Shown piece by piece: positions 1-13,015 of a stretch of DNA of 64,000 bases. The position numbers and the translations under genes were made by a program. The notes under the pieces are model-generated. The model made no database searches, was not told the DNA's origin, and saw only the letters and a program-made list of their open reading frames with translations. Source of the DNA: Podarcis pityusensis (Eukaryota); assembly GCA_964106645.2 (NCBI GenBank), contig OZ067038.1. The stretch is one strand, 5' to 3'. Each line of letters opens with the position of its first letter. Positions within the stretch are counted from its first letter, which is position 1.

Positions 1-2217
1 GTTCAATAATTCAAGGGCACTATTTGTATTGAACGCAACTGAATTTGCAAGCATATTGGGAAGTGGTGAGGGGCAGCCTGGTGGGTTTGCCCTGAGTAAG
101 CATTTGCAGAAGCCACCACTGTGCCTGACCCAGCAAAGGAAGACCTGGGGAGCGTTTCCCACCCAGGCTGCTCTTGAGGAGGGGGCTCTCGGAGGGTTCA
201 CGTGGCCTGGGCTAAGTTGTTTTCCAACACTGGCACCTTGGGGTAAAGGGCTGGAAATAAATAAATCACCACAAGATTTACAACAGCTGAACTACTGCTC
301 TTTGGGATGTGTTCAAGAAGGAGACTGAGAGGGGAGCAAGGAAACAGCATGGATTTAGCAGAGGCCAATAACAGGGCTGAACAAGCTGTTCCATACTATT
401 CCTGCCATCGACGTGGCCGCAGTAACAGGAGTAGGCCATGCCAGACGAGGTAGACACCCTGAGGGAGCTTCATTTATCCACCTCCATCAAGGTAGCTTCT
501 GATGAGTCAACGAGACTCCCTATTCCACGCCCGTCCACCCGCCTAATGCAGCAGGCAATTCACAGTGGGAGCCCATTGGTACCTCTCATCCTGGCATTTG
601 CACACCCTCCCCATGCCCAACAAGCCAATCTAAAATAGCCTCAGAGGAAGAAAAGTGCCACAGAAATGTTTAGTCCCTTCACAGCCCTTGAGAGCAGGCA
701 GTGTCTAAAAGTCTTCTCAAAGGGACATAGAGCTTCAGTAATCAGAACCTTTTGTTCTGCTTATACTGTTCCATGTCTTAGTGGTGTTGTAGCTTTCCAT
801 TCATTCAGCCTTTATTGGCACAATGGGTGTTGTAGCTGATAGGGTGCTTGGTCTTCTGCCAGCTAATAAGGTGCCCTGTTTCTTGTAAATTCTACTGAAC
901 ATCCCATTTCCCTTCTAAATTATGCCTGGATTATTTTACTTTAAGAAGAAACAGTTTGCATCTTTATTCAAATTGGATTTCCTCCCTTTTCTTGAGGTTT
1001 CCAGGCCCACAGACACATACAAACACCCCTGGTCACTGAGCAATTAATCCAAGAGGGAAAGATGCATGAAAAAAAAAATCAGCGAGTTAATAAATGAAGT
1101 TGACACTTTATTTCCACTTCCCATGACCTAGTGACTCTTTAAGACCTACACTTTCAGCACAGAAAACATATGCAGTGCTCATTAATCACTAGCCAGGGAT
1201 TTTCCAAAAGGGCATGCAGTTTGACTGAGCATCAACTTACAGGTCAAGTATTGCACCTTCACAATGATTTACATACCGCTATCTTATTGGGATAGCATCA
1301 TCTGCTCAGCAGAGCACACTACAACATATGGAACAGCCCTACAGTTTGTAGGGATATGAATATCTACCCCACTCTAAAGTGCTAAACAGCGAAGAACAGA
1401 GACACAAAGCCAGAACTATTTTTGCCCCAAGAACATACCTGTTTGTATCAAAGCTGGCAGTAGAATTCATTTTCCATGTGTAATAGTAGCTTAGTAGTAT
1501 CAATTCTCTCCAAGGCACCCCCCGCTGCCATGACAGTATTGCCTCCCCCCACCCAGCATGGCAATTGTTGACTAAGACCTGCTTTCTGAGGTTGAAACTT
1601 GTGGGCCCAATTCCCACACCCCGTCTCAGCATCTGTAATAATCATTCACAGCCTGGAAAGTCGGTATTGTTTTTAATTATTTTCTTATTGACTTTATGCA
1701 GGGCGTAAGCTTATTACAAGCACAGCGGGGGAATTGCAAAAGGCCATCAATTGTTTTTTATGAGACCCCAAGCATTTTCTAATCTCAGACGTAGTGACTG
1801 ATCATTTGGGGAACAGACACACAGGCCTTGTGGAGATTTATGAACGTATCATACTTCTGTGTCTCCTGCTTGTAATTGCCCTGAGGCAGTTAAGGAGCAT
1901 TGCAGGGGGAGGGGGTGGCGGGGAGGGAAGTCTCCTTGAATTTATTTCTTTATTTTTGGTTGGGCTCCTTTTAGTGTCCTGAAATGAAGGCCTGATTTAG
2001 AACTTCAAATGCATCAAAGGAGTGAACTCAACGTAGTGCTATGCCAAGATCCACCAGGACAAGCATTGGGGCAGGAGAGCCTTGGCAGGGCTTTCACGTC
2101 CATTTGAATCGTGCAACCTGAATTTTCCAGCATGTAACTGAACTCCACCAGAAAATAGCAACGGTCTAGAAATGACCTTGGAGAGCTCCCATGCCTTTTC
2201 TGCAGTATCAAACTCAC

Positions 2218-2316
2218 CTGGATTCCAAGCAGAATTCCTTTCTGTGGCAGCTTAAACCCAGCAGACAGCATCGCTTTAAGGAAGGCAGAATGGATATTCT
2301 CCCCAAAGCAGGCCAC
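2218..2316 (-). CDS. CPS1: CPS1 internal exon (~exon 34), 99 bp
   Basis: [33 protein letters not shown]; tag| acceptor and |gtgag donor. Confidence 0.97.
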
Positions 2317-2934
2317 CTAGACAGTGGAAAGGTTAGAGGAGAGGAAGGAAAGTGAAAAGAGTATTCCTGCTGGATTACGGACAAAATGAGTACCCATTTG
2401 AAGAAAAGGGAAGAAATGTTCTTCTCCTAGGAATCCTAGCCTCCCCTCCTTCAACAGTTCTTCCTCTCTTTGTCAGGAGCCAGCAGGGAAATGGCAGATC
2501 AGCCCAGACAAATCTTATATTTTAATTAAGCAATAATGAAGGAATAAGTAATGCTTTACTCTGAACTAGCACACCATGGAGCAACATAAATGGATCCTGC
2601 TATGAATTATGTGGATGCCAAACACAGCTTCTGGTTCACACAGTATGCATGTGTTCTGCAAAATGTTCATAATACTTAATGCTTAAATAACAGCAAGGGT
2701 TATAAATGCTACCCTGGGCCCGTCAATGAATGCTACAGCTTGCAGTGGAAATGCACGGTTGCTTAGCATGAGTTTCTAGGCATTTCCTGAGGATTTGTGA
2801 AACCAGAGTATTTAAGTACACAGATTTTGACTGGAACACAGCACACAGCAAGGAACATCTGGATACTATATAGTTTTGCAGGCCATTTCCTAGAGGTTGA
2901 TAAAACATGGGATAAAGATTAGTCTGCCAGATTA

Positions 2935-5900
2935 TCATAGAATCATAGAATCATAGAAGAGTTGGAAGAGACCACAAGGGCCATCGAGTCCAACCCCCTG
3001 CCAAGCAGGAAACACCATCAGAGCACTCCTGACATATGGTTGTCAAGCCTCTGCTTAAAGACCTCCAAAGAAGGAGACTCCACCACACTCTTTGGCAGCA
3101 AATTCCACTGTCGGACAGCTCTTACTGTCAGGAAGTTCTTCCTAATGTTTAGGCGGAATCTTCTTTCTTGTAGTTTGGATCCATTGCTCCGTGTCCGCTT
3201 CTCTGGAGCAGCAGAAAACAACCTTTCTCCCTCCTCTATGTGACATCCTTTTATATATTTGAACATGGCTATCATATCACCCCTTAACCTCCTCTTCTCC
3301 AGGCTAAACATGCCCAGCTCCCTTGGCCGTTCCTCATAAGGCATCGTTTCCAGGCCTTTGACCATTTTGGTTGCCCTCCTCTGGACACGTTCCAGTTTGT
3401 CAGTGTCCTTCTTGAACTGTGGTGCCCAGAACTGGACACAGTACTCCAGGTGAGGTCTGACCAGAGCAGAATACAGTGGCACTATTACTTCCCTTGATCT
3501 AGATGCTATACTCCTATTGATGCAGCCCAGAATTGCATTGGCTTTTTTAGCTGCCGCGTCACACTGTTGGCTCATGTCAAGTTTGTGGTCAACCAAGACT
3601 CCTAGATCCTTTTCATATGTACTGCTCTCAAGCCAGGTGTCCCCCATCTTGTATTTGTGCCTCTCATTTTTTTTTTTGCCCAAGTGCAATACTTTACATT
3701 TCTCCCTGTTCAAATTCATCTTGTTTGTTTTGGCCCAGTTCTCTAATCTGTCAAGGTCGTTTTGAAGTGTGATCCTGTCCTCTGGGGTGTTAGCCACCCC
3801 TTCCAGTTTGGTGTCATCTGCAAATTTGATCAGGATGCCCTTGAATCCATCATCCAAGTCGTTGATAAAGATGTTGAATAAGACCGGGCCCAAGACAGAA
3901 CCCTGTGGCACCCCACTAGTCACTCTTCTCCAGGATGAAGAGGAACCATTGATGAGCACCCTTTGGGTTCGGTCAGTCAGCCAGTTACAAATCCACTGAG
4001 TGGTAGCATAGTCAAGACCGCATTTTACCAGCTTCTTTACAAGAATATCATGGGGCACCTTGTCAAATGCCTTGCTGAAATCAAGGTAGGCTACATCCAC
4101 TGCGTTCCCTTCATCTACCAGGCTTGTAATTCTGTCAAAAAACGAGATCAGGTTAGTCTGACATGACTTATTTTTCAGAAATCCATGCTGACTATTGGTG
4201 ATCACAGCATTCCTTTCTAGGTGCCAGAATCTTCCCTGGTATTGATGTCAGACTGACTGGGCAGTAATTATTTGGGTCCTCTCTTTTCCCCTTTTTGAAA
4301 ATAGGGACAACATTTGCCCTCCTCCAGTCTGCCGGGACTTCGCCTGTTCTCCAGGAATTCTCAAAGATGACTGCCAGTGGTTCTGAGATCACATCTGCCA
4401 GTTCTTTTAATACTCTTGGATGCAGTTCATCTGGCCCTGGAGACTTGAATACATCTACACTAGCCAAGTATTCTTGTACTATCTCCTTAGTTATTCTGGG
4501 CTGTGTTTCCTCTGCTGAATCATTTGCTCCAAATTCTTCAGGTCGGGCATTGTTTTCTTTATCAGAGAAGACTGAGGCAAAGAAGGCATCGAGGAGTTCA
4601 GCCCTTTCTGTGTCCCCTGTTTGCATTTCACCATCTTCTCCTCTGAGTGACCCCACTGTTTCTTTGTTCTTCCTTTTGCTACGAACATACCCATAAAAGC
4701 CTTTTTTGTTGCTTTTAACCTCTCTAGCAAGCCTGAGTTCATTCTGTGCTTTAGCTTTTCTGACTTTGTGTCTACACGTGCTGGCTATTTGTTTGAATTC
4801 CTCTTTGGTGGTTTCCCCCCTTTTCCATTTTTTGTACACATCCTTTTTTAATCTTAACTCAGTTAAACGTTCTTTAGATAGCCACCCTGGCTTCTTTAGG
4901 CACCTTCCATGTTTCCGTCTCATCGGTATTGCCTGACGTTGTGCTTTTACTATCTCCCTCTTAACAAACTCCCAGCCATCATGAACTCCCTTTCCTTTTA
5001 GTATTACTGTCCATGGGATCTCACCCAGCACTTCCCTAAGTTTTATGAAGTTGGCTTTCTTAAAGTCAAGAAATTGAGTCCTAGTATGCTTGGCTGCTCC
5101 TTTCCGCTGTATAGTAAACTTCAGAAGAGCATGATCACTCGCGCCTAATGATCCTTCCACTTCTACCCCACTAACCAGGTCATCAACATTGGTTAGGACC
5201 AGATCTAAAATGGCTGTTCCTCTTGTTGCTTCTCCCACTTTCTGGACAATGAAGTTGTCTGCAAGGCCAGTGAGGAATCTGTTTGACCTTATGCTCTTGG
5301 CTGAGTTTGACATCCAACAAATATCCGGGTAATTGAAGTCCCCCATTACTACTATCTCCCTTCCTTTTGCATGCTTGGCCATCTGTTCCAGGAAGGCATC
5401 ATCTATGTCCTCCGTTTGGCTTGGGGATCTATAGTAAACTCCCACAATGAGGTCACTGTTATTCTTCTCTCCCTTAATTTTGACCCAAATGCTCTCACTT
5501 TGGCTTTGAGGTTCTAAATCTTGGATCTCTTCACAGGCATACACATCCCTGACATATAACGCCACTCCTCCTCCTTTCTTGTCTGGTCTGTTTCTCTGAA
5601 ATAGATTGTATCCCCCCATTATTACATTCCAATCGTGGGACTTATCCCACCAGGTTTCAGTGATGCCTATTATGTCATATTTAGTTTGCTGTACCAAGAG
5701 CTCAAGCTCATCTTGTTTATTTCCCATGCTTTGCGCATTAGTGTACAGACATTGGAGTCCATTAATCATTCCCCCGTGACTCTTATTTAAGGATTTTTTC
5801 CACCCACCACTAGGTCTGCGTGCTGTTTACTCCATTTGGTCTATGATATTTGGATGATCATCAATTGATAGACTCCTACCTTCAGGAGCACTGTCTCCCT

Positions 5901-6026
5901 CCCCCACATTAGTCAGTTTAAAGCCCTCCTGATGAGGTTTCTGAGATTTTTGGCAAAAACATTTCTCCCAACTGTTGTGAGGTGCAGCCCATCGCTTGCC
6001 AGAAGTCCATCTTCAAGAAACTGCAG
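2935..6026 (-). mobile_element. CR1 LINE copy A, 5'-truncated (end of ORF1 plus ORF2 APE endonuclease/RT), one frameshifting deletion near 4224
   Basis: ORFs 4192..5769 ([30 protein letters not shown]) and 3018..4205 ([23 protein letters not shown]); 3' (TTCTATGA)n tail at ~2935-2957; CAGATTA at 2928-2934 and 6024-6030 is a probable TSD. Confidence 0.95.
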
Positions 6027-6578
6027 ATTAAGGTAGCACAGGGCTGGTGCTAAGAACTAGGACCATACAGGTCCCAGAGGGCGGTAAATGTAGAATGGAT
6101 AGTTGCTGGACAAAACAAAGGGCAAGGGGTATGGCTTTCCCCTTCAAACCTGCACTGATGAAAGCACCAGCTGCTTACCGGGGAGCAACAAAAGGTAAAG
6201 CGGTCCCCTTTAAGGCCAGATTTTAATGTCTCAGAGACCTCCTAGGTGTCATCATGAGTAAGCATTTCTCCAACTTGTTTGGCATTTCTTCTCTGTTTGG
6301 CAACACTTCTATCAAGACGACTGCCTGCTTCCCTTCCTCGAGTGCTGCTCAGGACTTCCCAGCAGTGGGAGACTCAAGTCCTTTACAGGAGAGACATGTG
6401 GGCCCTCACAATGTCTCTGTCACGAGGTGTTCTAGCTGTGAGCCCTGGAAGACCTGCTCCCTGCCTTGCAGGCCTTTCCCCCCCTGGCCTGAGAGGGCGA
6501 GACTCCAGCTGCAAAAGCTGTGGCTGCTGAAAAGGCTTGAGGCAGCCCCAGAATTCTGGGTTCAGGGGGACACCTAAC

Positions 6579-6596
6579 TGGCGACGAGGGTGGGAT
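6579..6596 (+). promoter_or_regulatory. Primer-binding site complementary to the tRNA-Ser(GCT) 3' end
   Basis: TGGCGACGAGGGTGGGAT is the 18-nt reverse complement of ...ATCCCACCCTCGTCG-CCA (vertebrate tRNA-Ser-GCT, recalled). Confidence 0.85.
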
Positions 6597-7459
6597 CGAT
6601 GGACATCAGAGCACAGCCAGACGTGGCCACCCTCTGCGCTGAGCTGAATCACGGAGCTGAAACACTGAGCATCACAGAGCAGAACCAATTCAGAGCTGAC
6701 CCTTCTGGCTAGGGCACGGTGTTCCATTCATCGCGTCCATGTCGGCATCGGAACCATGGCTTCACTCGTGCCTCTACTGCCGTTTGCCCCAGCCTCTGAA
6801 TCATGGGACTCCTACCTCGCTCGGTTCAACTGCTACCTCCAAGCAAATGAGCTGACAAGAGAGTCTGTAGAGCAGAAGCGGGGCCTATTCCTCAGCCTTT
6901 GTGGCCCCAAAGTGTTCGCGATGGCCCCGAGCATCGGTTGCACCTCTAGCAGTCCAGGCAGAGCCGTGGGACACGATTCAAGAGAAGCTACGCAACCACT
7001 ACGCGCCAAAGCCGTCCAAGATTGCTGCCCGCCATGCGTTCTACCACCAGAACCAGGCAGAGGGGGAGTCAATTAACAACTACACCGCCACCCTCCGACA
7101 GGCTGCAATGCACTGCGAGTTCCGAGACTTAGACGATGCCCTGATGGATCGATTCGTCTGCGGGGTCCGGGACATCCGTCTGCAACGGCATCTCCTCGCC
7201 AGGCCAGACCTCACGCTGCAGAAAGCCATTGAGGAGGCCATGGCCACAGAAGCTGCTGAACTCTCCGCCCAGGAAATCCACAAGGCCAGTAGCCTGTATT
7301 TAAAAGACTATGTTCACTGGACAAACTGCACATGTAAAGCTGTATGGTGAATAGGGTCAATTAATATGCTTATGCGCCTTACTGAAACCAATAAGTGTAT
7401 TGCTGTATGTAATGGAACCACTATGATTGTAACTAACGACTTATCTCGGTGGGGAGGGG

Positions 7460-7703
7460 TGTTATGTATTGAAGTTCTCACCCTGGCCACCAGGAGTATC
7501 GTGTAGATAGTTTTCACTCAGGTCCACGTCAGTTACTTTAGGCGGGAAACCCTGGGTTGTTGTTGCTACAGTGTTGACAGCCGGCTGCCTATAAAAGCAG
7601 GCCGGCTGAGCTGTTTGCTGTTCAGTTCTGTGACAGCTTACAAATAAAGAGCTGCTTTGGAGAAATCGCTGCGTCGTCTGCTATGTCTACCCACTATTCA
7701 ACA
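7460..7703 (+). repeat. Long terminal repeat (244 bp)
   Basis: TGTT...AACA termini, directly after the PPT; TATAAAA at 7590-7596; AATAAA at 7643-7648. Confidence 0.88.
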
Positions 7704-10439
7704 CCTATGGCCCCCGGTATCAGTATCATTTTTGGGTGCCAGCTTGTAACCCCAGGCTGAGTATCAATTACTTAGTTTGGGGGGCAGCACAAAACACAAG
7801 CTTTGTGGCATAAACAGCACAAAACAAGCACACAACTTTGGCATTAGTTTGGAGAGGATCCAAAATTTGGGGTTACAAATCATCAAGCTCCAGGTCACCA
7901 AGCCTCAGCTTCCACAGCCATGAGCCACCATTGGCAGGATTGGCAGCAACAGCAGCAGATGAGTTCTAAGCTTATGATAATAATTGTACTCTTCTTAATT
8001 ACACTGTTTTAAATGTGCATTTTCTATTTTTCTTAAGTAATGCTTTATTTTTGTAATGTTTTATATATACAGTGAGAGAGACAGTGTGTATTTGTGTTAA
8101 TTTTGCTTCGTTAAGTATGCATTCTGAAGTTGACCACCTTCATAATCTTTTGTTTTGAAATCTTTAAGATAATACTTTAGTTTCCTGTTAATTATTTTGC
8201 TTTGAAGGTATGCTTTACATCTGACTTTCTTCTGGATTGTTTCATTTGATTTTTTAAAAACTCAAACCACTTTGAGTTTATTTCTTTGAAATATATAGCA
8301 GTACAGAAATGGAATGAATAATAATAATAATAATAATATTTACAAATACAGATGCTGAAGCAGTAGTACGGGGTAGAGCAGAAGCAACACAGGAAATACT
8401 AAGTTCAGGATTTCAAAGAAAGGAACAAACAATGGAGCAAAGGCTTCTCCTAAGGAATGATGTTTGCAAACATGCTTGCCAGTTTCCCTCTCACATGCAC
8501 ATTCGCTTTCTCTCCCAGGCTCCACCAAGGCAAAATAATTCCACCTTGGACAGGACTTCAATTCAAAGTGATAAAAACGAGCTTAATGGCCCATTAGTAA
8601 ACCATTAATCTGTCACTCACTATCAGCTAGTAGGGTATGCAAAACCCCAAAGAGGCAGATCAACATGGATGTAACAATATTATGAGCCTGAATATAATTA
8701 ACCCTAACAATCGCATTCTCTTCTACCCATCATTCTGGATAGCAATAGCTAAACTGCACATGGGGAAGGGAAACATCATCTCAAAAGTATTAGGGTTCTT
8801 TTACTGGCAATTATATCAGCGGTTGGAAATTCAAATTTAAATCAAAATTTATTCCACATACTTCACTATACAGTGACAGCATAGTCACATGGACAGTAAG
8901 TTCTGTGTGTATTTAAAATGCATTTGGAGAATAAGTGGCTGTTTTACCATTAGAGTTATGACCCTCCATTCACTGGTAAGAAAGACCTTCTCTACTCGTC
9001 TGTTTTATGGCAATTGTGAATATGGATCTTTCAAAGTCATAAAAGTTAATAATCTCTCATTTATGACTAAAATATTCTCTCTCTCCATCTAACATGCAGA
9101 AAACTAATCCTCACCCCTTGGCTAAACTACTGTTCTTTTTTTGTTTCTCAAGATGTCAACTCCTTTCAGAAAGTTAGAAGGACAATCAGACTATTTCAGC
9201 CAATTTGCTGCAGTTAAGGATTGGACTACAATTGGAAGAGCAGAATAATATATTTTTTAAAATCTCTGAAATGAGCAGAATCGACAATATTCCAGTAATA
9301 TATTTGCAATACTCTGCATGAAATATATCATATACCCTATAGATACTATATGTCAAAATTGAATACTTATGAACCTATTCATCATATTTATTTTGTAATT
9401 ATTTGGAGTAAATCCATTGCATTCATCAGGTCTTACTCCTGAGTTATAGAATAGGGCTGCATATGTCCCAGATTAATTTGAGGTGCTTGTGCATACAAAT
9501 GTTTAAGATCACAAAGGTCTACATGGAGCCCCTTCATTTCCATTTAAAATACAATTCTCCTTTATTTTTAACACCTCAGCAGTGCCTACTGGCTATAATA
9601 TGCATGTACATTTAATTGCCCTATCTAGAATGATTCTAGATAGAAGGGACCTTGAGGTCCCCTTGTCTCATCTCCTACTCATACCCATGGGTAGGCTTCA
9701 CTGTGTGGGTAACATGAAAGTGGGTAAAATGGAAACTCTCCCTCTTGAGCCTATGGGTCTGTGGGCTCACATGCATACAAGCACATAACCTTTCACCCAC
9801 ATCTGCAATCTTGTTCCCCTCTGAAGACGCCCATGTGCCGTTTCCAATTTTACACACCACAGCCTCAAGTAGAATTTGTGATTCCATGATCTAGTTCAGA
9901 TTCTGGCATTGCAGGGAGTTGGACCAGAAGACCCTGGGGATCCCTTCCAACTCCACAATTCCAAGATTCTATAGGAACCAAAGGTGTAATCGGATGGACA
10001 ACCAAATGTTGATGCTGTCTAGCCACTCCATTGCTTTAATGCAAGGCATATGTGGATACACATTTGGGTAAATAATGATTCTTCTTCACCCCCACCCAAC
10101 TACCTTGGACAAGGGCAGCCATGTTTTCCCCTCTGAATTACCTTGCAAAAGGATGCACACATCTAGCCACTTTCAGCTTTTTCCCCAATGGAAAATGAAA
10201 CTGCAGTTTCCAGGTCAGATTCTGAACCTGTTGAGATTACTGCAGCATCCCTAGATGGGTCAAATTTATAATCTCCACTTCTGGGTGACCTGATAAATTG
10301 GTCATCCTAGGAAGCCAGGAGGGAAGCGACTGCTAGCGCTGGCCAGCATTGCACCCTTTGCAGTTCTGGTATACAGAAAGGTTACTAGTGTTGCCCAAGG
10401 AGGAGGCTGGCCATGCAGGGCTCAAGCAATGCATACTTA

Positions 10440-10789
10440 AAGGGAAAGGGACCCCTGACCATTAGGCCCAGTCATGCCCGACTCTGGCGTTGCGGCGCTC
10501 ATCTCGCTTTATTGGCCGAAGGAGCCGGCGTACAGCTTCCGGGTCATGTGGCCAGCAGGACTAAGCCGCTTCTGGCAAACCAGAGCAGCACACGGAAACA
10601 CCGTTTACCTTCCCGCCAGAGCAGTACCTATTTATCTACTTGCACTTTGACTTGCTTTCAAACTGCCAGGTTGGCAGGAGCAGGGACCGAGCAACGGGAG
10701 CTCACCCCGTCGCGGGGATTCGAACCTCCAACCTTCTGATCGGCAAGCCCTAGGCTCTGTGGTTTAGACCACAATGCCACCCGCATCCC
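10440..10789 (-). mobile_element. Sauria-type SINE, full length
   Basis: tRNA-like head with B-box (GGTTCGAATCCC on the - strand), Sauria body, ACCTTT-like tail; 12-bp TSD AATGCATACTTA at 10428-10439 and 10793-10804. Confidence 0.92.
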
Positions 10790-11467
10790 TCTAATGCATA
10801 CTTAGTGCTATAGAATAAAAGCCTTAAGTCACCTAACAAATGAACCCATAATAAAGGAACACGCAGTGGATTCCTTCCTCTCCTGGGATATGCTAATTAG
10901 AGTGAAGTTATGGAAACGATCCAGAAACGGTATTATATCTGCAGCCATTCAGGGTTCGAAGAGTCCTACCTGTAGTTCTTTTTCTGCATTACATATCATG
11001 ATGGTAACCAAAGCAACCATAAAAATATCACCTCAGGTATGTTACCCTGACGTAACTTCACAGTTCCAAAAAAGACCAAATATTCCTGTTTTGAAGTCTA
11101 GTGTTGTTTCTGTGACGCTGCATTAATGAGGATTTTGAAGGTTGTATATATTTGTCTGTCAGGAGCTGGCTAGGTATTTCATAAAATGTACACTCTGTCA
11201 CTCTAGAATATTTACCAGAACCTGACATCTCTCTGTGAGGAAAAACAAACAGGGAGTTCAGGCCTTTGCAATGATCATCGCAAATAGATAGGACTCAGAC
11301 ACAAATGAAGAGGGACATCCAATGGTCAAAAAAAGTTATTTTCTGCAGATAATCAGTTTGGTTAAGAAAGGTTAGGTGTCTTTGCACTGGGTGGGGGGAA
11401 ATGGCTTCCAAGGTCTACATTGCTTGTCCCCCCTACCCTATCCTGAAGACACCTAGCAATTTAAGTA

Positions 11468-11696
11468 CAGGTAACTCGCAACTTATGTGCATTAAACTTT
11501 TATGCATTCAGCTTTACACGCTTCGCAAACCTTTTAAACAAAAAAAGAAGCAAAAATTAAAAAGCAGGCAGGCATTGGGGGGGCCTTGGCAACTCCACCT
11601 GCCATTGCACCCAATGTGTTTTGACTACAGTATATGCAATTTTGGCTTTATGTGCTCTCCCCAGAATGTAACCCCACATAAGTTGAGAGTCACCTG
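11468..11696. mobile_element. Tc1/mariner (Tigger-like) MITE
   Basis: Imperfect TIRs CAGGTAACTCGCAACTT / AAGTTGAGAGTCACCTG, flanked by TA on both sides. Confidence 0.75.
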
Positions 11697-11875
11697 TACA
11701 ATAAAGATACCTTTAGTGAGGTGATGACCTACTCTCCAGTAAGAATCAGATTGTGGAAGCGCTGACTCAAGAGGGATCCTGGCCAGTAGAGTGAGTCAGC
11801 TGCCTTAAATGAACAACAGCTGAGGAGCTAGAAGGAGAGACTGCAATCTGAAGTCATATTTGAAGTAGAACTGTA

Positions 11876-12116
11876 CAGTGGTACCTTGGTTTACGAATTT
11901 AATCCGTTCCGGAAGTCCATTCTTAAACTGAAGCCATTCTTAAACCGAAGTGCGCTTTCCCTAAGGGGGCCTCCCGCTGCCAGTGCCCTTCCACCGTTCA
12001 GATTCTGTTCTTAGACCGAGGTAAAGTTCACAAACCGGGACACTACTTCCAGGTTTGCAGAGTTCATAAACTGAATAGTTCGTAAACAGGGCTGTTCTTA
12101 AACCGAGGTACCACTG
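11876..12116. mobile_element. Tc1/mariner (Tigger-like) MITE
   Basis: TIRs CAGTGGTACCT..AGGTACCACTG with TA TSD; same family as 48807-49032; ends 36 bp from the end of the exon at 12153. Confidence 0.9.
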
Positions 12117-12152
12117 TATTGACATTATGAGATAACATTTAAAAATTAGTAC

Positions 12153-12227
12153 CTCCCCGGTGGATGCCATTTCACATCGGAGAATAGGGTCAACATCTCT
12201 CAGACGGGGCCAGGAGAACACTGGAGC
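12153..12227 (-). CDS. CPS1: CPS1 internal exon (~exon 33), 75 bp
   Basis: [25 protein letters not shown]; polypyrimidine tract plus tag| acceptor, |gt donor. Confidence 0.97.
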
Positions 12228-12819
12228 CTAGAAAAAGAGAAAGAGAATAAATTGATGCTCCACTAAAATTGTGACATCAGCCCTCGCCCAACTTGTTACA
12301 GTGAGAGGTACGGAATTAAGTGCTCAAGAATTACGCTTGCGGCAGAAATAGTAATGATTTTTCTAAGGCTTGCACATGCTGTGACCCAACAACCCAAGCG
12401 CAGCCCATGGGTGTTCCAGTGTGGCCAGCCAGGTGCTTGACCACTCTGCCACCCCAGCAAAAACATGGGGAAGAAACGCATGTACTCTAGCAGACTACGG
12501 TTCATATTTCCTTGGTCTGCATTTATACTGGTAGGTTGTAAATTTTGGAGACCTGTTCTTGGAGACTATTCATATTATGTGTACATGCTTAAAACATTTA
12601 GTACCATGTGGGTTGTTCAATGTAGGAATAAATTAAATGCCATGTACTTCTATAACCCTAGGCTGAAATATGGTATCTGAAAATATTTCTCGTGTTAGTT
12701 ATGTAATAAATATTTAAGCCTAAGGGTAAAATTGCTCTAGTTGCAGAGAGCAAGTGTGCCATGTTATGGCATCTAGGAACCCCTTCTGCCGATCTTAGCA
12801 CCTAAAGGGGTCTGTGGGG

Positions 12820-13015
12820 AAGGAGGCAGCCTTTGAGGTATTGGGGGCCTGAGTCATTTAGGGCTTTAAACACTGAGCACTTTGAAGGGAGCCCAGAAAT
12901 GAACTGGCAGCCATGAGGCTGTTTTAAAATAGGAGTTATATGGACTCTGAAGTGAACCTGGCTGCTGCACTTTGGACCAACTGAAGTTTATAAGTCATCT
13001 TCAAGGACAGCCAGG
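12820..13015 (-). mobile_element. Degenerate L2-like LINE fragment
   Basis: Resembles the L2 ORF2 C-terminal region (FKALN.LG..YL on the - strand); highly decayed. Confidence 0.45.

Larger units (their letters stand above)
6577..7703 (+). mobile_element. Internally deleted Ty3/Gypsy LTR retrotransposon: PBS, partial gag, pol 3' tip, PPT and a single 3' LTR
   Basis: Gag-like ORFs 6756..7076 and 6901..7350 (WDSYLARF..YLQAN, Q..GESI..Y...LR..A..CEF, DRFVCGVRD..LQ..LL); YLKDYV is typical of the Gypsy pol C-terminus; PPT ggggagggg 7451-7459; CCTA at 6573-6576 and 7704-7707. Confidence 0.88.

Noticed and set aside
1-2217. Next CPS1 exon (QSFRPRFL...EGFK-like, ~60 bp), including ORF 1339..1632
   Set aside because: No matching translation found by eye; the exon probably lies beyond the window edge. 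Not evidence of loss.
2962-4936. Plus-strand ORFs overlapping the CR1 copies (also 34446-37886)
   Set aside because: Antisense shadows of LINE coding sequence, reproduced in both copies.
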